From: a virus
Taxonomy: Duplodnaviria; Caudoviricetes
Virus record (IMG/VR): IMGVR_UViG_3300032038_000005
Coordinates: 32,001-96,000 of that record
Strand: one strand, 5' to 3'
DNA: 64,000 bases
Position numbers and translations under genes: made by a program. The notes under the pieces were generated by a model. It was not told the DNA's origin and searched no databases. It worked only from the letters and a program-made list of their open reading frames with translations. Positions 31,520 to 41,132 of this stretch are shown here, piece by piece (position 1 is the stretch's first letter; every line of letters begins with the position of its first letter).

Positions 31520-32311
31520 ATGCGTATTGAGAAAATGAAAAACCCGGGTGAGAAATTGTTCACCACACCCGCGCCGTCGGATTTCGAAGAAGACCATGTT
31601 CACTGCATCAAAAATGTGGTAAACACAATGGATTACTTCGAAGCTTTTCCTGACAGCTTCGATGTCTACATGTTCGCAGCAGTCAGTGAGCCCGATATCG
31701 ATTTTAACAATGAAGACAGACTCCACTATCTCCCTGTTAATGTCAGACCTGTTAATGTCAGAAAATCCGCAATGATTTTGAAAACAAATCCGGCGGGTAA
31801 ACGCTTGGCATGGGTTCCGAGCGTCAAGTTCGTCAACCCGAACTTCATGGGATGGAATTCCATCCAATTGATGGGAATTAATATCAATTGGATGAGCACA
31901 GTGTTCGAACTGTTCTACCACCTTGTCAACGGGATGAACATCGGCCATGTGTTTGACAAGGTTATCAATGTTGTCACATACGACTTCATGTACGATGAGG
32001 CATTGGCGGAATTTGGTCATTACGATGACGCCGCAATTGAGGTATTCATTGACGGCATTATCAAGTCTGGAAATTCCAGATTGATTAAAATGTTGGTCGG
32101 TGGTGAGCATGATTTCTACATGCCTCGCATTACCAATTATCTCCTCGACAACCGGTTAGTCTCCATCGTGTGGAAGATGAAGGAGACAGTGTATCTCGAC
32201 ATGGTTCAGTATTACAATGAACATGGTCAGTATGAAAAACAGCTCCAGTTAACGGACTACTGGAGTCAGAATCCCGACAAACCAGATCCGATGGACAAAT
32301 TCAATCTCTGA
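31520..32311 (+). CDS. hypothetical early protein
   Basis: 263 aa, AAGGAG SD, own promoter and terminator (32345-32380). Confidence 0.8.
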   Translation: MRIEKMKNPGEKLFTTPAPSDFEEDHVHCIKNVVNTMDYFEAFPDSFDVYMFAAVSEPDIDFNNEDRLHYLPVNVRPVNVRKSAMILKTNPAGKRLAWVPSVKFVNPNFMGWNSIQLMGININWMSTVFELFYHLVNGMNIGHVFDKVINVVTYDFMYDEALAEFGHYDDAAIEVFIDGIIKSGNSRLIKMLVGGEHDFYMPRITNYLLDNRLVSIVWKMKETVYLDMVQYYNEHGQYEKQLQLTDYWSQNPDKPDPMDKFNL

Positions 32312-32419
32312 TCATATATCAGAGATATCAGATTGGGTCTAACAAACAAACTCCTTTCATTCGGGAGTTTGTTTTTCTTGTGTTCTTTTTGTATGTTACC
32401 GATTATTTTAAATCTTCAT

Positions 32420-32438
32420 ATAAATATAATTAATATGA
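32420..32438 (+). promoter_or_regulatory. putative early promoter
   Basis: ATAAATATAATTAATATGA. Confidence 0.65.
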
Positions 32439-32563
32439 TATGAATAAGTATCACTTATTACATCGACAAGATGTTCCATAACAGTATGGCATATCACATC
32501 CACGTAGACTTCCATAAGGGTATCTAGTCAATATCCGTTTGCGGGATGCACACCAGGGGGTGT
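32436..32563 (+). ncRNA. conserved structured 5' leader RNA, copy 1
   Basis: Four-way junction, second domain and SD hairpin; stems covary with the copy at 49910-50044. Confidence 0.7.
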
Positions 32564-32567
32564 TATT

Positions 32568-33032
32568 ATGGAAACAAAGACATTCACATATGGTAGCTAT
32601 AAAGTTACCGTGGATCTCGAACCATTTAAGCGGTTCGATGGAGAAGAAGCCAGCGTCTTCTATGCCCATGTTAAATGGGTCGAAACAGCTGGATGGTGGT
32701 CTTACAAGGGCACATTCGAGATGCATTTCTGGATCGATGGGAATACCGGAGATCTCTGGGGTTCCCGTGAATACACAGTGCAGCACCAGATCTCGAATTC
32801 TCTGTCCATAAAATGGGGCTTTATCGAGCTCTGGATGCTCGACAGAGTTCCGGCACACATCATTGCTGGATTCATCCGGGGTGACGTTAAACAGTTCGAC
32901 GAAGTTGTGACAACTCAGTCACAGCTCAATGAACTGATTGCGATCCTTGCCAATGCCGGGGAACATGATGCTGAGGTTATCCTCATGAATCATTTCGCAG
33001 GCAGGTTTGGACCGCCGGACCTCACACTCTGA
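32568..33032 (+). CDS. hypothetical early protein (cassette 1 cargo)
   Basis: 154-aa ORF, GGGGGTG SD. Confidence 0.8.
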   Translation: METKTFTYGSYKVTVDLEPFKRFDGEEASVFYAHVKWVETAGWWSYKGTFEMHFWIDGNTGDLWGSREYTVQHQISNSLSIKWGFIELWMLDRVPAHIIAGFIRGDVKQFDEVVTTQSQLNELIAILANAGEHDAEVILMNHFAGRFGPPDLTL

Positions 33033-33039
33033 TGAAATG

Positions 33040-33113
33040 AATAACCGGGGGAGATCTCTGGGAGCTTGCTGTTTGTCGGCCCGACGCTCCATTCTCCCTC
33101 GGTTATTTTTTTC
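33040..33113 (+). terminator. terminator stem enclosing a conserved structured 3' element, copy 1
   Basis: 15-bp outer stem plus T-run; inner ggagc-ttgctgttt-gtcg(gcc)cgac-gctcc shared with 50510-50585. Confidence 0.7.
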
Positions 33114-33118
33114 TTTTT

Positions 33119-35272
33119 TTACATGTATTGATTGACACTTTGGAAGAATGCAATATCCGAATTGCTGAGTGTGTCCAATTGTGGTTCTTTTTCATATAGA
33201 TGTTTGTTATATTGATCAGCTCGATATCCATATGCATCTACACCACCTGGTTGATCAAATCCCATTCGTTGATCACGTTGATTTGAATTGATAATATCAT
33301 TCAACAACTGATTTTCATAAGCATTTGGATTCTCATAGTAGACAACATTATTGACAACTTCTTCTTGAATTGAATCCTCATACTGTTGGGTGATTTGATA
33401 TGCCTTCTCAAATGTTTGTTGTTCTTTGATAATACCGAATCGAGACAGGTCATAGCCATATGTTAATACATATAATACATGACAATATGCCATTACCACG
33501 TCATCATGTTCTCCACGGTCTGCTTGAATCTTACCGCCCATAATGGTTAAATTGGTAATATCTTTTACCAATAACTTTGAATAGATCATGTGACGATAAT
33601 CATGTACGAAGCGTTTCAATAGTGCCATCATGTCATTACGCACTTTTGCTGTGACATTTGTACCGATATATTTTTTGATCTGTCCACGATGCTTCATTTT
33701 CAATGCCGTATCCACAGTTCTTACCAAAGCATTCTTTGTGATATCCAACTGTGGATCGTGATAGAATCGATACTCTAATTGAGATTCTTGTACCCATTCT
33801 ACCAATGCCTTACCAACAGAATTGGTTTCTGGACAGAAAATAGCACGTGGTAACATCTTTGCTAATTGAGTAATGACACGTATCAAATCTAATGAACAAC
33901 CCAGATATGGAGAACAGATCTCTCCAACAATTTCCAATGTATAGGGATGAACGATAATCAATACTGTGTTGTCGCCACCCGTACCAGCAGCGATATCAAT
34001 GCCAATTAAGTATGGTACCGAGATGTCGAAATATGGATGTTCTGAATTTAAATCCTTTTCATGGATTTGATGATCATATACATACATCACATATTTTTTT
34101 AATAGCATGATTTCATGATCCGGATTTCGTACATGTGCAATCAAGTAATCAATGTCATCTTGTAAGAAGATACTGGTATCGGAACCACGATATCGTTCCA
34201 ATAGTACACCTCGACGATACTCTGAAATATTACCTGCAATTTCTGCAGCTCGATATTGTTCTGCAACCCATGCTTCTGTTTTGCGCAATTGCTTCCAATC
34301 GAATTCTATATGCAATTTTGTAACAGGTATCTTCATACCATCTTCTCCATCTTGTTCCATACCAGAAAACATCTTTTTGATATCTTCTTCTGGCAAGTCA
34401 TACATCTGTTCGGAGAACTTGGGAGTTGCTTCGATAATCTTCAATGCCTCTCTACCAATGGATGTTTCCAAGTCGCCAGGAGTTGATGCATACATCATAC
34501 AACAACGTTTTCCTAATTTACGTGCATTTTCACGAGCGGAGATCATAGCTGGTGCACCACCTGCGATAACAGAACCAACATATGGTAAGTATTCAAATTC
34601 GTCAATAAATCCACCAAACAAAGTATATCCTCTCAATTTGTCCTTTGCTTTGGATTCTGAATCTGCAACCGATACAATTGCAATGCTTGTACCATGTTCA
34701 TCATATTTCAAAGACTTTGTTCCCGGGGGATGTTTTCTCCCATACCAGGGATTCAAATAAGGTGGGAGTGATTCGATATAATCTCTCAGAATTCCTGCGT
34801 TATCTGTACAACGCGTCTCCGTCAAATGCAGATAGGGAATGTCACAATTTTGATATTCAAATAAAAACATATATGCAATGATTGCAGTCACCCATGTTGT
34901 TTTCATACATTGTCTTGGAGTACAGATAGAAAAATCAACAGAATGATCAAAACACCATAACATTGCAGCGGACATTCTCGATAGTTCGGTCTTCATTAAA
35001 CCCACACCACGTACAGGAATACGTAAGACTTCACGAAAAAAGAAATACGGATTTGCTTTACATTCTAACACAATCTTTGCAATCTCTTCTTGTGTGATAT
35101 CTTTTTTATAAGGATCGAGATCCTGTACTCCTAATTGTGGATACATGATACGAAGAGGAAAATACCAGTTCTTAATCCCAATGGTTTTCAATTCTTGGCA
35201 AGTTTGTAAAAAAGAAGTATTCGATGTGCCGAGATCATAATAGTTGTTGCCGATTTTACATACATTACTCAT
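33119..35272 (-). CDS. terL: terminase large subunit
   Basis: NPYFFFRE, Walker A variant PRQCMKT, LRG, Walker B FIDE, STPG, nuclease IGIDIAAG.GGD and HDDVVMA; start taken from the AGGAG SD. Confidence 0.9.
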   Translation of the reverse strand: MSNVCKIGNNYYDLGTSNTSFLQTCQELKTIGIKNWYFPLRIMYPQLGVQDLDPYKKDITQEEIAKIVLECKANPYFFFREVLRIPVRGVGLMKTELSRMSAAMLWCFDHSVDFSICTPRQCMKTTWVTAIIAYMFLFEYQNCDIPYLHLTETRCTDNAGILRDYIESLPPYLNPWYGRKHPPGTKSLKYDEHGTSIAIVSVADSESKAKDKLRGYTLFGGFIDEFEYLPYVGSVIAGGAPAMISARENARKLGKRCCMMYASTPGDLETSIGREALKIIEATPKFSEQMYDLPEEDIKKMFSGMEQDGEDGMKIPVTKLHIEFDWKQLRKTEAWVAEQYRAAEIAGNISEYRRGVLLERYRGSDTSIFLQDDIDYLIAHVRNPDHEIMLLKKYVMYVYDHQIHEKDLNSEHPYFDISVPYLIGIDIAAGTGGDNTVLIIVHPYTLEIVGEICSPYLGCSLDLIRVITQLAKMLPRAIFCPETNSVGKALVEWVQESQLEYRFYHDPQLDITKNALVRTVDTALKMKHRGQIKKYIGTNVTAKVRNDMMALLKRFVHDYRHMIYSKLLVKDITNLTIMGGKIQADRGEHDDVVMAYCHVLYVLTYGYDLSRFGIIKEQQTFEKAYQITQQYEDSIQEEVVNNVVYYENPNAYENQLLNDIINSNQRDQRMGFDQPGGVDAYGYRADQYNKHLYEKEPQLDTLSNSDIAFFQSVNQYM

Positions 35273-37481
35273 TTGATACAGCTCCTGTTTCATTTTGAAC
35301 CGGCGCTGGTTTAGCAGCAAGATCATTAAATTGATTCAGCAATTCATCCATTTTAGCCGCAACCCCCTCAATACCTTGGAGATATAAATCAATTGATGCG
35401 AAGAGATCTATCGTTGATTTAATGAAATTTCCATCCCATTGTAGATACTGTTGAATATTCGTCAATTGATTGCGTGCAGCATTAGATAAAATTCCATCTT
35501 TTACATTAGCATCCGCGGTAGATACAGCATTAAGACAGGCAATTAATCCATTATTTTTATTTGGATCCCCAATTATGTTACTAATCATTGCTAATTTTCT
35601 TGATAGACTTTCACGAATACCGATATACTGAGCTAATGGTAAATTAAACTCAGCAATTGTTTCACCTTTATAGGCGTTCGTAAATTGATCATAGAAATTA
35701 ACGATATATTTTCTATATTCGAATGCGAATTGACTCATATCGAGATTTAACGAAAATGCTTCAATAGTTTTTTTCCCTTTCTCAGCAACCTTAGAAACTC
35801 CCTTCATTAGCTGATTACCCATTGAAGACATTGTGCCTTTAAGAGTTGAGAGCTCTCCTTGTTTGGTATCACCGGTGTACCGCTGTATTTGGCTTCCCCC
35901 ACTTTTTTGAGCTTCAAATTGTTTAAAATATTCATCGAGTTCTGATTGGCTCTTTGGAATGGGATGTCCATTTTTTACGCTGTTGATTATAAACACATTG
36001 AATTCCTTGGCAATATTCTTAATCTGTTCTTTAGACATATTCGGATTTGATTTCGCTATTTTATTTGCGGCAAATGTCATAAACTTCCTTTGCTGTTCTT
36101 CCGATATTGATATTTTTGTTGCGGTTAACTTTTGCTTATCATTTTCAGGATTTTGATTTTCCTGTTTCTGTTGTTGTGGCTTTGGAGCAGCTGCTGGTGG
36201 TTCTTGATTCTCTTTAGCTGGTGTTTCAGCTGGTGTTACAGGTGTCTCCTCTTCCTGATAAAATGAGTCCCAACTGATGATAGGGATATCATATTCCGAA
36301 AATTGACCAGATTGTTGCTGTTTTAATAACTGATTACATTTGATAATATAATATTTAATATAATTTTCCAATGCTAAACCACTATAGTCTCCAGATTTGA
36401 TTTTCTGTTCAACTTGTTCAAGCGACATTTCTTGTTTTGATAAAAAGGTTGAGGCATGTGAGTCGATCAATCTAAAATCGATGGGAACATGCAAAACACC
36501 TTGCTCATCATATCTTACAAGATCCACAATTTCGTCAATATTAATATTTGGAGGAATAACACCTGCCACGCCAGAATTTTGGATAATCAATGAAATGAAT
36601 TTTTTTGCATTTTGAGAAACCTGACTTGCAAGTTTGTTAATATTCTCTTTCATAGCAGACATTTCTTGTGTGAAATTTTCAGCAGCCTGATTTATTGCAT
36701 CAGAAGCATAAGTTTTTACGTCATTCATCATATCTTGTGCTTTAGCAGTTGCATTATTCATCATATCTTGTGCTTTAGCAGTTGCATTTCTAAGGGTATC
36801 TTGTGCTGCACTTTGAACGTAATCCTTTCCTTTCTGAACTAACTCATCAGCTTTACCTTTTGCATATTCTTTTGCTTTTTCGTCTAAACCTGCTTGGTGA
36901 GCTAAATATGCACCACCAGCTAATGCTGCAACTGTTCCGGCCTTTCGAGCAAAATCTCTTCGACTTTCTTCACGATCGCTTCTTTTTTCAAACTCAACAA
37001 ACATCTTGTAGCATTCTTCCCGGAAGTTTTGATCATTCTTCATGGCGTCGAGCATTTGTGAAGTTAACGGTACCATTTCTGGTTCTTTACTTTTCATTTG
37101 CTCCAAATTATCAACGGTTTTCTTTGCTTCATTGATTGCCTGGTCACTACTCATTTTTTGTGTTTGATCATTTACGACTCCGAATAATTTACGTAAAAAA
37201 TCCCACATTTTTTGCAGAATACCTTTTTTAGCAGTATCCTTATTATTCTGATCAGTTTGATCAACCCCGGTTTGGTTGGTAGCATCGTTACTTTGATTAG
37301 ATCCCCCTTGTTGTCCAGCTTCTTGAATGAGTATAGCCCTTAATAAATCATCATTATAACAGGTCTCTAACATCCATATTGCTTTTCCATATGAATTCAT
37401 TAATTCGTTTGCAACTAAGAAATCATAGTTTTGTTTAGAAGAACGGAACTCATCTAAATTAAAAAAGAATGAATTTTCCAT
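35265..37481 (-). CDS. hypothetical Q/K/A-rich helical protein, possibly internal virion protein
   Basis: 738 aa; AT-rich, distinct codon use; internal repeat. Confidence 0.7.
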   Translation of the reverse strand: MENSFFFNLDEFRSSKQNYDFLVANELMNSYGKAIWMLETCYNDDLLRAILIQEAGQQGGSNQSNDATNQTGVDQTDQNNKDTAKKGILQKMWDFLRKLFGVVNDQTQKMSSDQAINEAKKTVDNLEQMKSKEPEMVPLTSQMLDAMKNDQNFREECYKMFVEFEKRSDREESRRDFARKAGTVAALAGGAYLAHQAGLDEKAKEYAKGKADELVQKGKDYVQSAAQDTLRNATAKAQDMMNNATAKAQDMMNDVKTYASDAINQAAENFTQEMSAMKENINKLASQVSQNAKKFISLIIQNSGVAGVIPPNINIDEIVDLVRYDEQGVLHVPIDFRLIDSHASTFLSKQEMSLEQVEQKIKSGDYSGLALENYIKYYIIKCNQLLKQQQSGQFSEYDIPIISWDSFYQEEETPVTPAETPAKENQEPPAAAPKPQQQKQENQNPENDKQKLTATKISISEEQQRKFMTFAANKIAKSNPNMSKEQIKNIAKEFNVFIINSVKNGHPIPKSQSELDEYFKQFEAQKSGGSQIQRYTGDTKQGELSTLKGTMSSMGNQLMKGVSKVAEKGKKTIEAFSLNLDMSQFAFEYRKYIVNFYDQFTNAYKGETIAEFNLPLAQYIGIRESLSRKLAMISNIIGDPNKNNGLIACLNAVSTADANVKDGILSNAARNQLTNIQQYLQWDGNFIKSTIDLFASIDLYLQGIEGVAAKMDELLNQFNDLAAKPAPVQNETGAVSNE
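36723..36788. repeat. 33-bp perfect tandem duplication (NATAKAQDMMN x2)
   Basis: attcatcatatcttgtgctttagcagttgcatt occurs twice. Confidence 0.9.
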
Positions 37482-37510
37482 AATTGATAACCCCTTTTCA
37501 TTATTATCTT

Positions 37511-37545
37511 TAATCGTATGTCGGGGCATGTGCCCCGACATACAA
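37511..37545 (-). promoter_or_regulatory. terminator hairpin overlapping a putative late promoter
   Basis: tgtcggggc-atgt-gccccgaca; the minus strand reads GACA-TACGAT-TA at 37522-37511. Confidence 0.5.
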
Positions 37546-37560
37546 CACTATTTCTTTGGT

Positions 37561-39834
37561 TTACTGATATTCTTTTACCTGTTGTAATACCGGAATTAAT
37601 TCTACGAATTTGTGGTATACGTGCTCGACATATTCTCTGGGATAACCATCAAATGTGTTTGTCTCGTCAATTGTTTTGAAGAAGTTTGTTAAGTCGACAG
37701 CACCATGAGCCTGTTCCTGATACTGCATATAGAAGGAATTCAGAATCAGGATATTGCGTAAGTCAGGAATTGAGATTGTTACCTGCACATTACCAATCAT
37801 CACGTCATAAGTGACATCGAATCTACCAGCGTTGTGATAGCTAAACATTTCGGGAGCCATTTTAATACCCATGAACTTAAGCACGTTCTTAAGATTATCA
37901 ATCTGTGGGAACTGATTGTACTTGGTGGTGTCAATTGCCATGTCGTTCAGCTGGCTCATAAGAATGGAGTTCTCTTCGTACTGAGAACCGCGGAAGTATG
38001 TGGTGATTTTGGAGAATGCCTGAATACCAACACCTGCAAGGAAATTGTAAGTGTCGTATTCTCCAAACTTAATCGGATTGTCGGAGTAATGCCGCATAGA
38101 CTTCTTACCAAACAGATGGCTCTTTACCGGCTGGTCATACCATGTTGTCTTAGAGGTAGCAACTGCACTCATGGCTTTGGACGGCTCCTGTTTCAGTACC
38201 CAGGTGTACTGATATCCAATGGCGTATTCACCTGGAAGTTCAATCCAGCGATGACGGAGCTTTGTATACAGTTTGTGTTTCTTCATAATGTCAGGCCATT
38301 TGGTATAGCATGTCACAAGTGCATCACGAACACATACCTCATTCAACGGCATAATCTGGATATAGATGCCGTTCTTAATAATGTCCTGATAGACACGCCC
38401 CGGCTGTTCATAATACAAGCGAATCAACTCATCACCATTTGCAGGTTCAAAGGTGCCGACGAATTCCGCAACCAGCATCACAATGTCTGTATGATTAACA
38501 CCTTGCTCATGAAGTTTCAAGATGTGTTCCCACATTCTCTCCTGCATGAATGTCATCGTCGCTTCATATGTGGCGAATGCAATGATTCTGTTAGGAACTG
38601 CCAATCCATTTGCTAACATCTCTACATGATTACCATCTTCCGTACGAGGCATGCAGCGGTCAGGAACAATCTTAGTGATAACAGACTTATTACCAACACG
38701 GCCAACCACTTTCTGGCCGATGTGGATTGGTACATGTTTCAGCACTTTAAAACGAATGACGGTGTCAACGATATACTCCTTCGTGACCCATGTGGAATTC
38801 GCGAGATACTTTTCAGCACGTTCCCGCATATCAATCAACGAGATATCATCTTGGTATGGGTCGGTGACGATGGTCGCGATAAAGTCATAAATCTCCGAAT
38901 AGAACTCCTGGCACTGCTTGAGATAATAGTTCAACTGCTCATTCTCAGAATCTACATTGGCGAAGATGTCGATATCCACAACCTGTCCACGACTATAATA
39001 GTTCTTGTCATTGATATGGGGAATCAATGCTTCAGAAGCAGAGGACAGATAGGAGCTTTCACGGATGGAACAGATGATATCGTTCTGTACAAATTCTCCG
39101 ATATTCGGAAACGGCTTATACAGATTTCTGTCACCATACTGATTCAACAGATACGAGTCTTTCTTCAGGTTGACAGTAACGATATCGACCATGTCATATT
39201 CCAGTTTCTTTGCAGCAGATTCTGATACAATCAGTGCATCTTCTGTCAGTTCCGGCAACACCGTGTATGCGATTCTCAGATTTCTTCCGGAGCAATAATG
39301 GCCGTTTACATAGGAAGAACTCTGGCTAATGGGTGTACCAGCAGGAAGCGTATCACCGACGTCATACTTTCCGTTGATTCTGTCATAGGTACGGAACCCG
39401 TATTTCTCAATCAGATTTTCTGCCAGATTCACCTGTTCGCATTTGTACTTGCCGGTGGCTTTATCACGAAAGATATACACGACCGGAGAGATGGGTTCAT
39501 TCTTGAACTTGACGAACTTACGCACAAGCTCATAGTCGTGTTTTGCAGTCACATTCCAAGAAGAACGCATGCCGAACGGGTCTTCTGCACCGGTGTAGAC
39601 GCGGGGGAATTCGGGATGTGTCGGTACCACATACTGGGAAGTGTGACGGGCGGCCATATTGGAACGGACGGTTGATATTTTGTCGGGGAATGTCATGGCG
39701 GAGATACCGACTGTCGACAATTTGTTCAGACCCTCTGTACGGGCTTTGATATCGGACATGGTATTCATGACGATTCTCTTCTTCTTTTTCGGCTGTTCGT
39801 TTGCATTGGTAAGTTCGGGCTTTTTCTTACTCAT
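37561..39834 (-). CDS. rpoB: RNA polymerase beta subunit, C-terminal half (probably non-virion RNAP)
   Basis: RSNMAARHTSQ, GRNL, EDALIVS, GQKVVGRVGNKSVI, MPRTEDG, IKFGEYD. Confidence 0.9.
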   Translation of the reverse strand: MSKKKPELTNANEQPKKKKRIVMNTMSDIKARTEGLNKLSTVGISAMTFPDKISTVRSNMAARHTSQYVVPTHPEFPRVYTGAEDPFGMRSSWNVTAKHDYELVRKFVKFKNEPISPVVYIFRDKATGKYKCEQVNLAENLIEKYGFRTYDRINGKYDVGDTLPAGTPISQSSSYVNGHYCSGRNLRIAYTVLPELTEDALIVSESAAKKLEYDMVDIVTVNLKKDSYLLNQYGDRNLYKPFPNIGEFVQNDIICSIRESSYLSSASEALIPHINDKNYYSRGQVVDIDIFANVDSENEQLNYYLKQCQEFYSEIYDFIATIVTDPYQDDISLIDMRERAEKYLANSTWVTKEYIVDTVIRFKVLKHVPIHIGQKVVGRVGNKSVITKIVPDRCMPRTEDGNHVEMLANGLAVPNRIIAFATYEATMTFMQERMWEHILKLHEQGVNHTDIVMLVAEFVGTFEPANGDELIRLYYEQPGRVYQDIIKNGIYIQIMPLNEVCVRDALVTCYTKWPDIMKKHKLYTKLRHRWIELPGEYAIGYQYTWVLKQEPSKAMSAVATSKTTWYDQPVKSHLFGKKSMRHYSDNPIKFGEYDTYNFLAGVGIQAFSKITTYFRGSQYEENSILMSQLNDMAIDTTKYNQFPQIDNLKNVLKFMGIKMAPEMFSYHNAGRFDVTYDVMIGNVQVTISIPDLRNILILNSFYMQYQEQAHGAVDLTNFFKTIDETNTFDGYPREYVEHVYHKFVELIPVLQQVKEYQ

Positions 39835-39862
39835 AGCATTTTCCTCCTATAATGAAAAGATT

Positions 39863-40714
39863 TTAAAGTTGTGATAACACATCTCTGACGTATTTTGCAC
39901 AAGGTGAATGATCAAAGTTCCCTTCTTTAATATCAACCTTGGAAAACGTCAGGATGAGGTATACCGAAATAATGATATAGATGTCTGAATTGAAAATAAT
40001 GTTAGAACACATTCTTTCCAACAGATTCTGGACATCGATGGCAATCCCTTGGTTGTCGACACTTTCTGTCTGATAGAAAGCGATGGTATGTTCCATGTCA
40101 GGACCAAAGTAATTGTCAGCCATCCATTTTTCCACTTTCTTAGAATTGATTCTGCGTGTCGTAGACAGAAACTCTTTCCAGTCTTTTACAGAGATGGATT
40201 CAACAGTGTATTCGATAATGTCTTTCATCGTGGAAATATCCTTTAAGCGAATTGCTTCAATCATCTCCAAGAACTTATACACTGCCCAATACAATACGAT
40301 GTCATCGATCACAGTATCCAGCTTACCGGGATTGGCTTTCAGCTCTATATGAACGGGATGTGTTTCCGGAATCGTAGCATACAAATCTTCCAACGTAATT
40401 CGCTTCTTGATTCGTTCATATTCCGGTGATGTTCTGGAAACAACCACAATCTGTGGTGTATGTCCATCTTCGTTTTCTAACTCTTCATCCATATTGTCAT
40501 TCGGCACAAACAGTTCAATTGGATGTGACACTAATTCTACATCATTTGTGATGTTCTTATAATATTCCACGAATGCATCTCTGTCTAAGATCTTATGATG
40601 GTTATTGGCCAATCGAATGGTATTAAAATAGATATTCTCTGAATTCACCAAGTATTGATGATTTTTGTAAACGGGTTCCCATTTTCTGTCACGACCCATA
40701 GGAATTAAAATCAT
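39863..40714 (-). CDS. hypothetical protein
   Basis: 283 aa, AAGGAGG SD. Confidence 0.8.
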   Translation of the reverse strand: MILIPMGRDRKWEPVYKNHQYLVNSENIYFNTIRLANNHHKILDRDAFVEYYKNITNDVELVSHPIELFVPNDNMDEELENEDGHTPQIVVVSRTSPEYERIKKRITLEDLYATIPETHPVHIELKANPGKLDTVIDDIVLYWAVYKFLEMIEAIRLKDISTMKDIIEYTVESISVKDWKEFLSTTRRINSKKVEKWMADNYFGPDMEHTIAFYQTESVDNQGIAIDVQNLLERMCSNIIFNSDIYIIISVYLILTFSKVDIKEGNFDHSPCAKYVRDVLSQL

Positions 40715-40896
40715 GATAGTTCCTCCTTTAAATTACATTGTCAAGGATCGTTGGATTCCTTTTGTTCATAATAAGTTTCACGAATTTGAAAATAATTCTC
40801 TATTACGAAAGTGATTCCGTTTTGTTGTATATAATATACAACAACCTGATCCAACGTTTCCTGTGGAACAGTTTCCATCTGGAATTCACCACCTCA

Positions 40897-41130
40897 TTAA
40901 GTATTCTCTTCAATAAACTCTTCCATTGCAGACATATCAAAATTCTGAATTGGAGTTGTCGAATTGACGGAGTTTGGAACAGCGGCACTACGACCGCTGT
41001 TCATTCTCCTTGCCATTTCTTCTTTTTGCTTCACACGAATATCTCGAAGGACATGAACGAATCGAAGCGGGAAGCGTCCAAGTATCTCTAATGGAATGAC
41101 ATTCTTGAATAATTCACCATATTCAATCAA
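40897..41130 (-). CDS. small ORF, possibly the -1 frameshift extension of the upstream gene
   Basis: Weak TTG start; frame open back to 41211, overlapping the upstream gene. Confidence 0.55.
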   Translation of the reverse strand: MIEYGELFKNVIPLEILGRFPLRFVHVLRDIRVKQKEEMARRMNSGRSAAVPNSVNSTTPIQNFDMSAMEEFIEENT

Positions 41131-41132
41131 AC

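Noticed and set aside
32436-32496. Leader cloverleaf as a tRNA
   Set aside because: Only ~60 nt, no TTCRA T-loop, no D-loop GG, no 7-nt anticodon loop and no CCA end.
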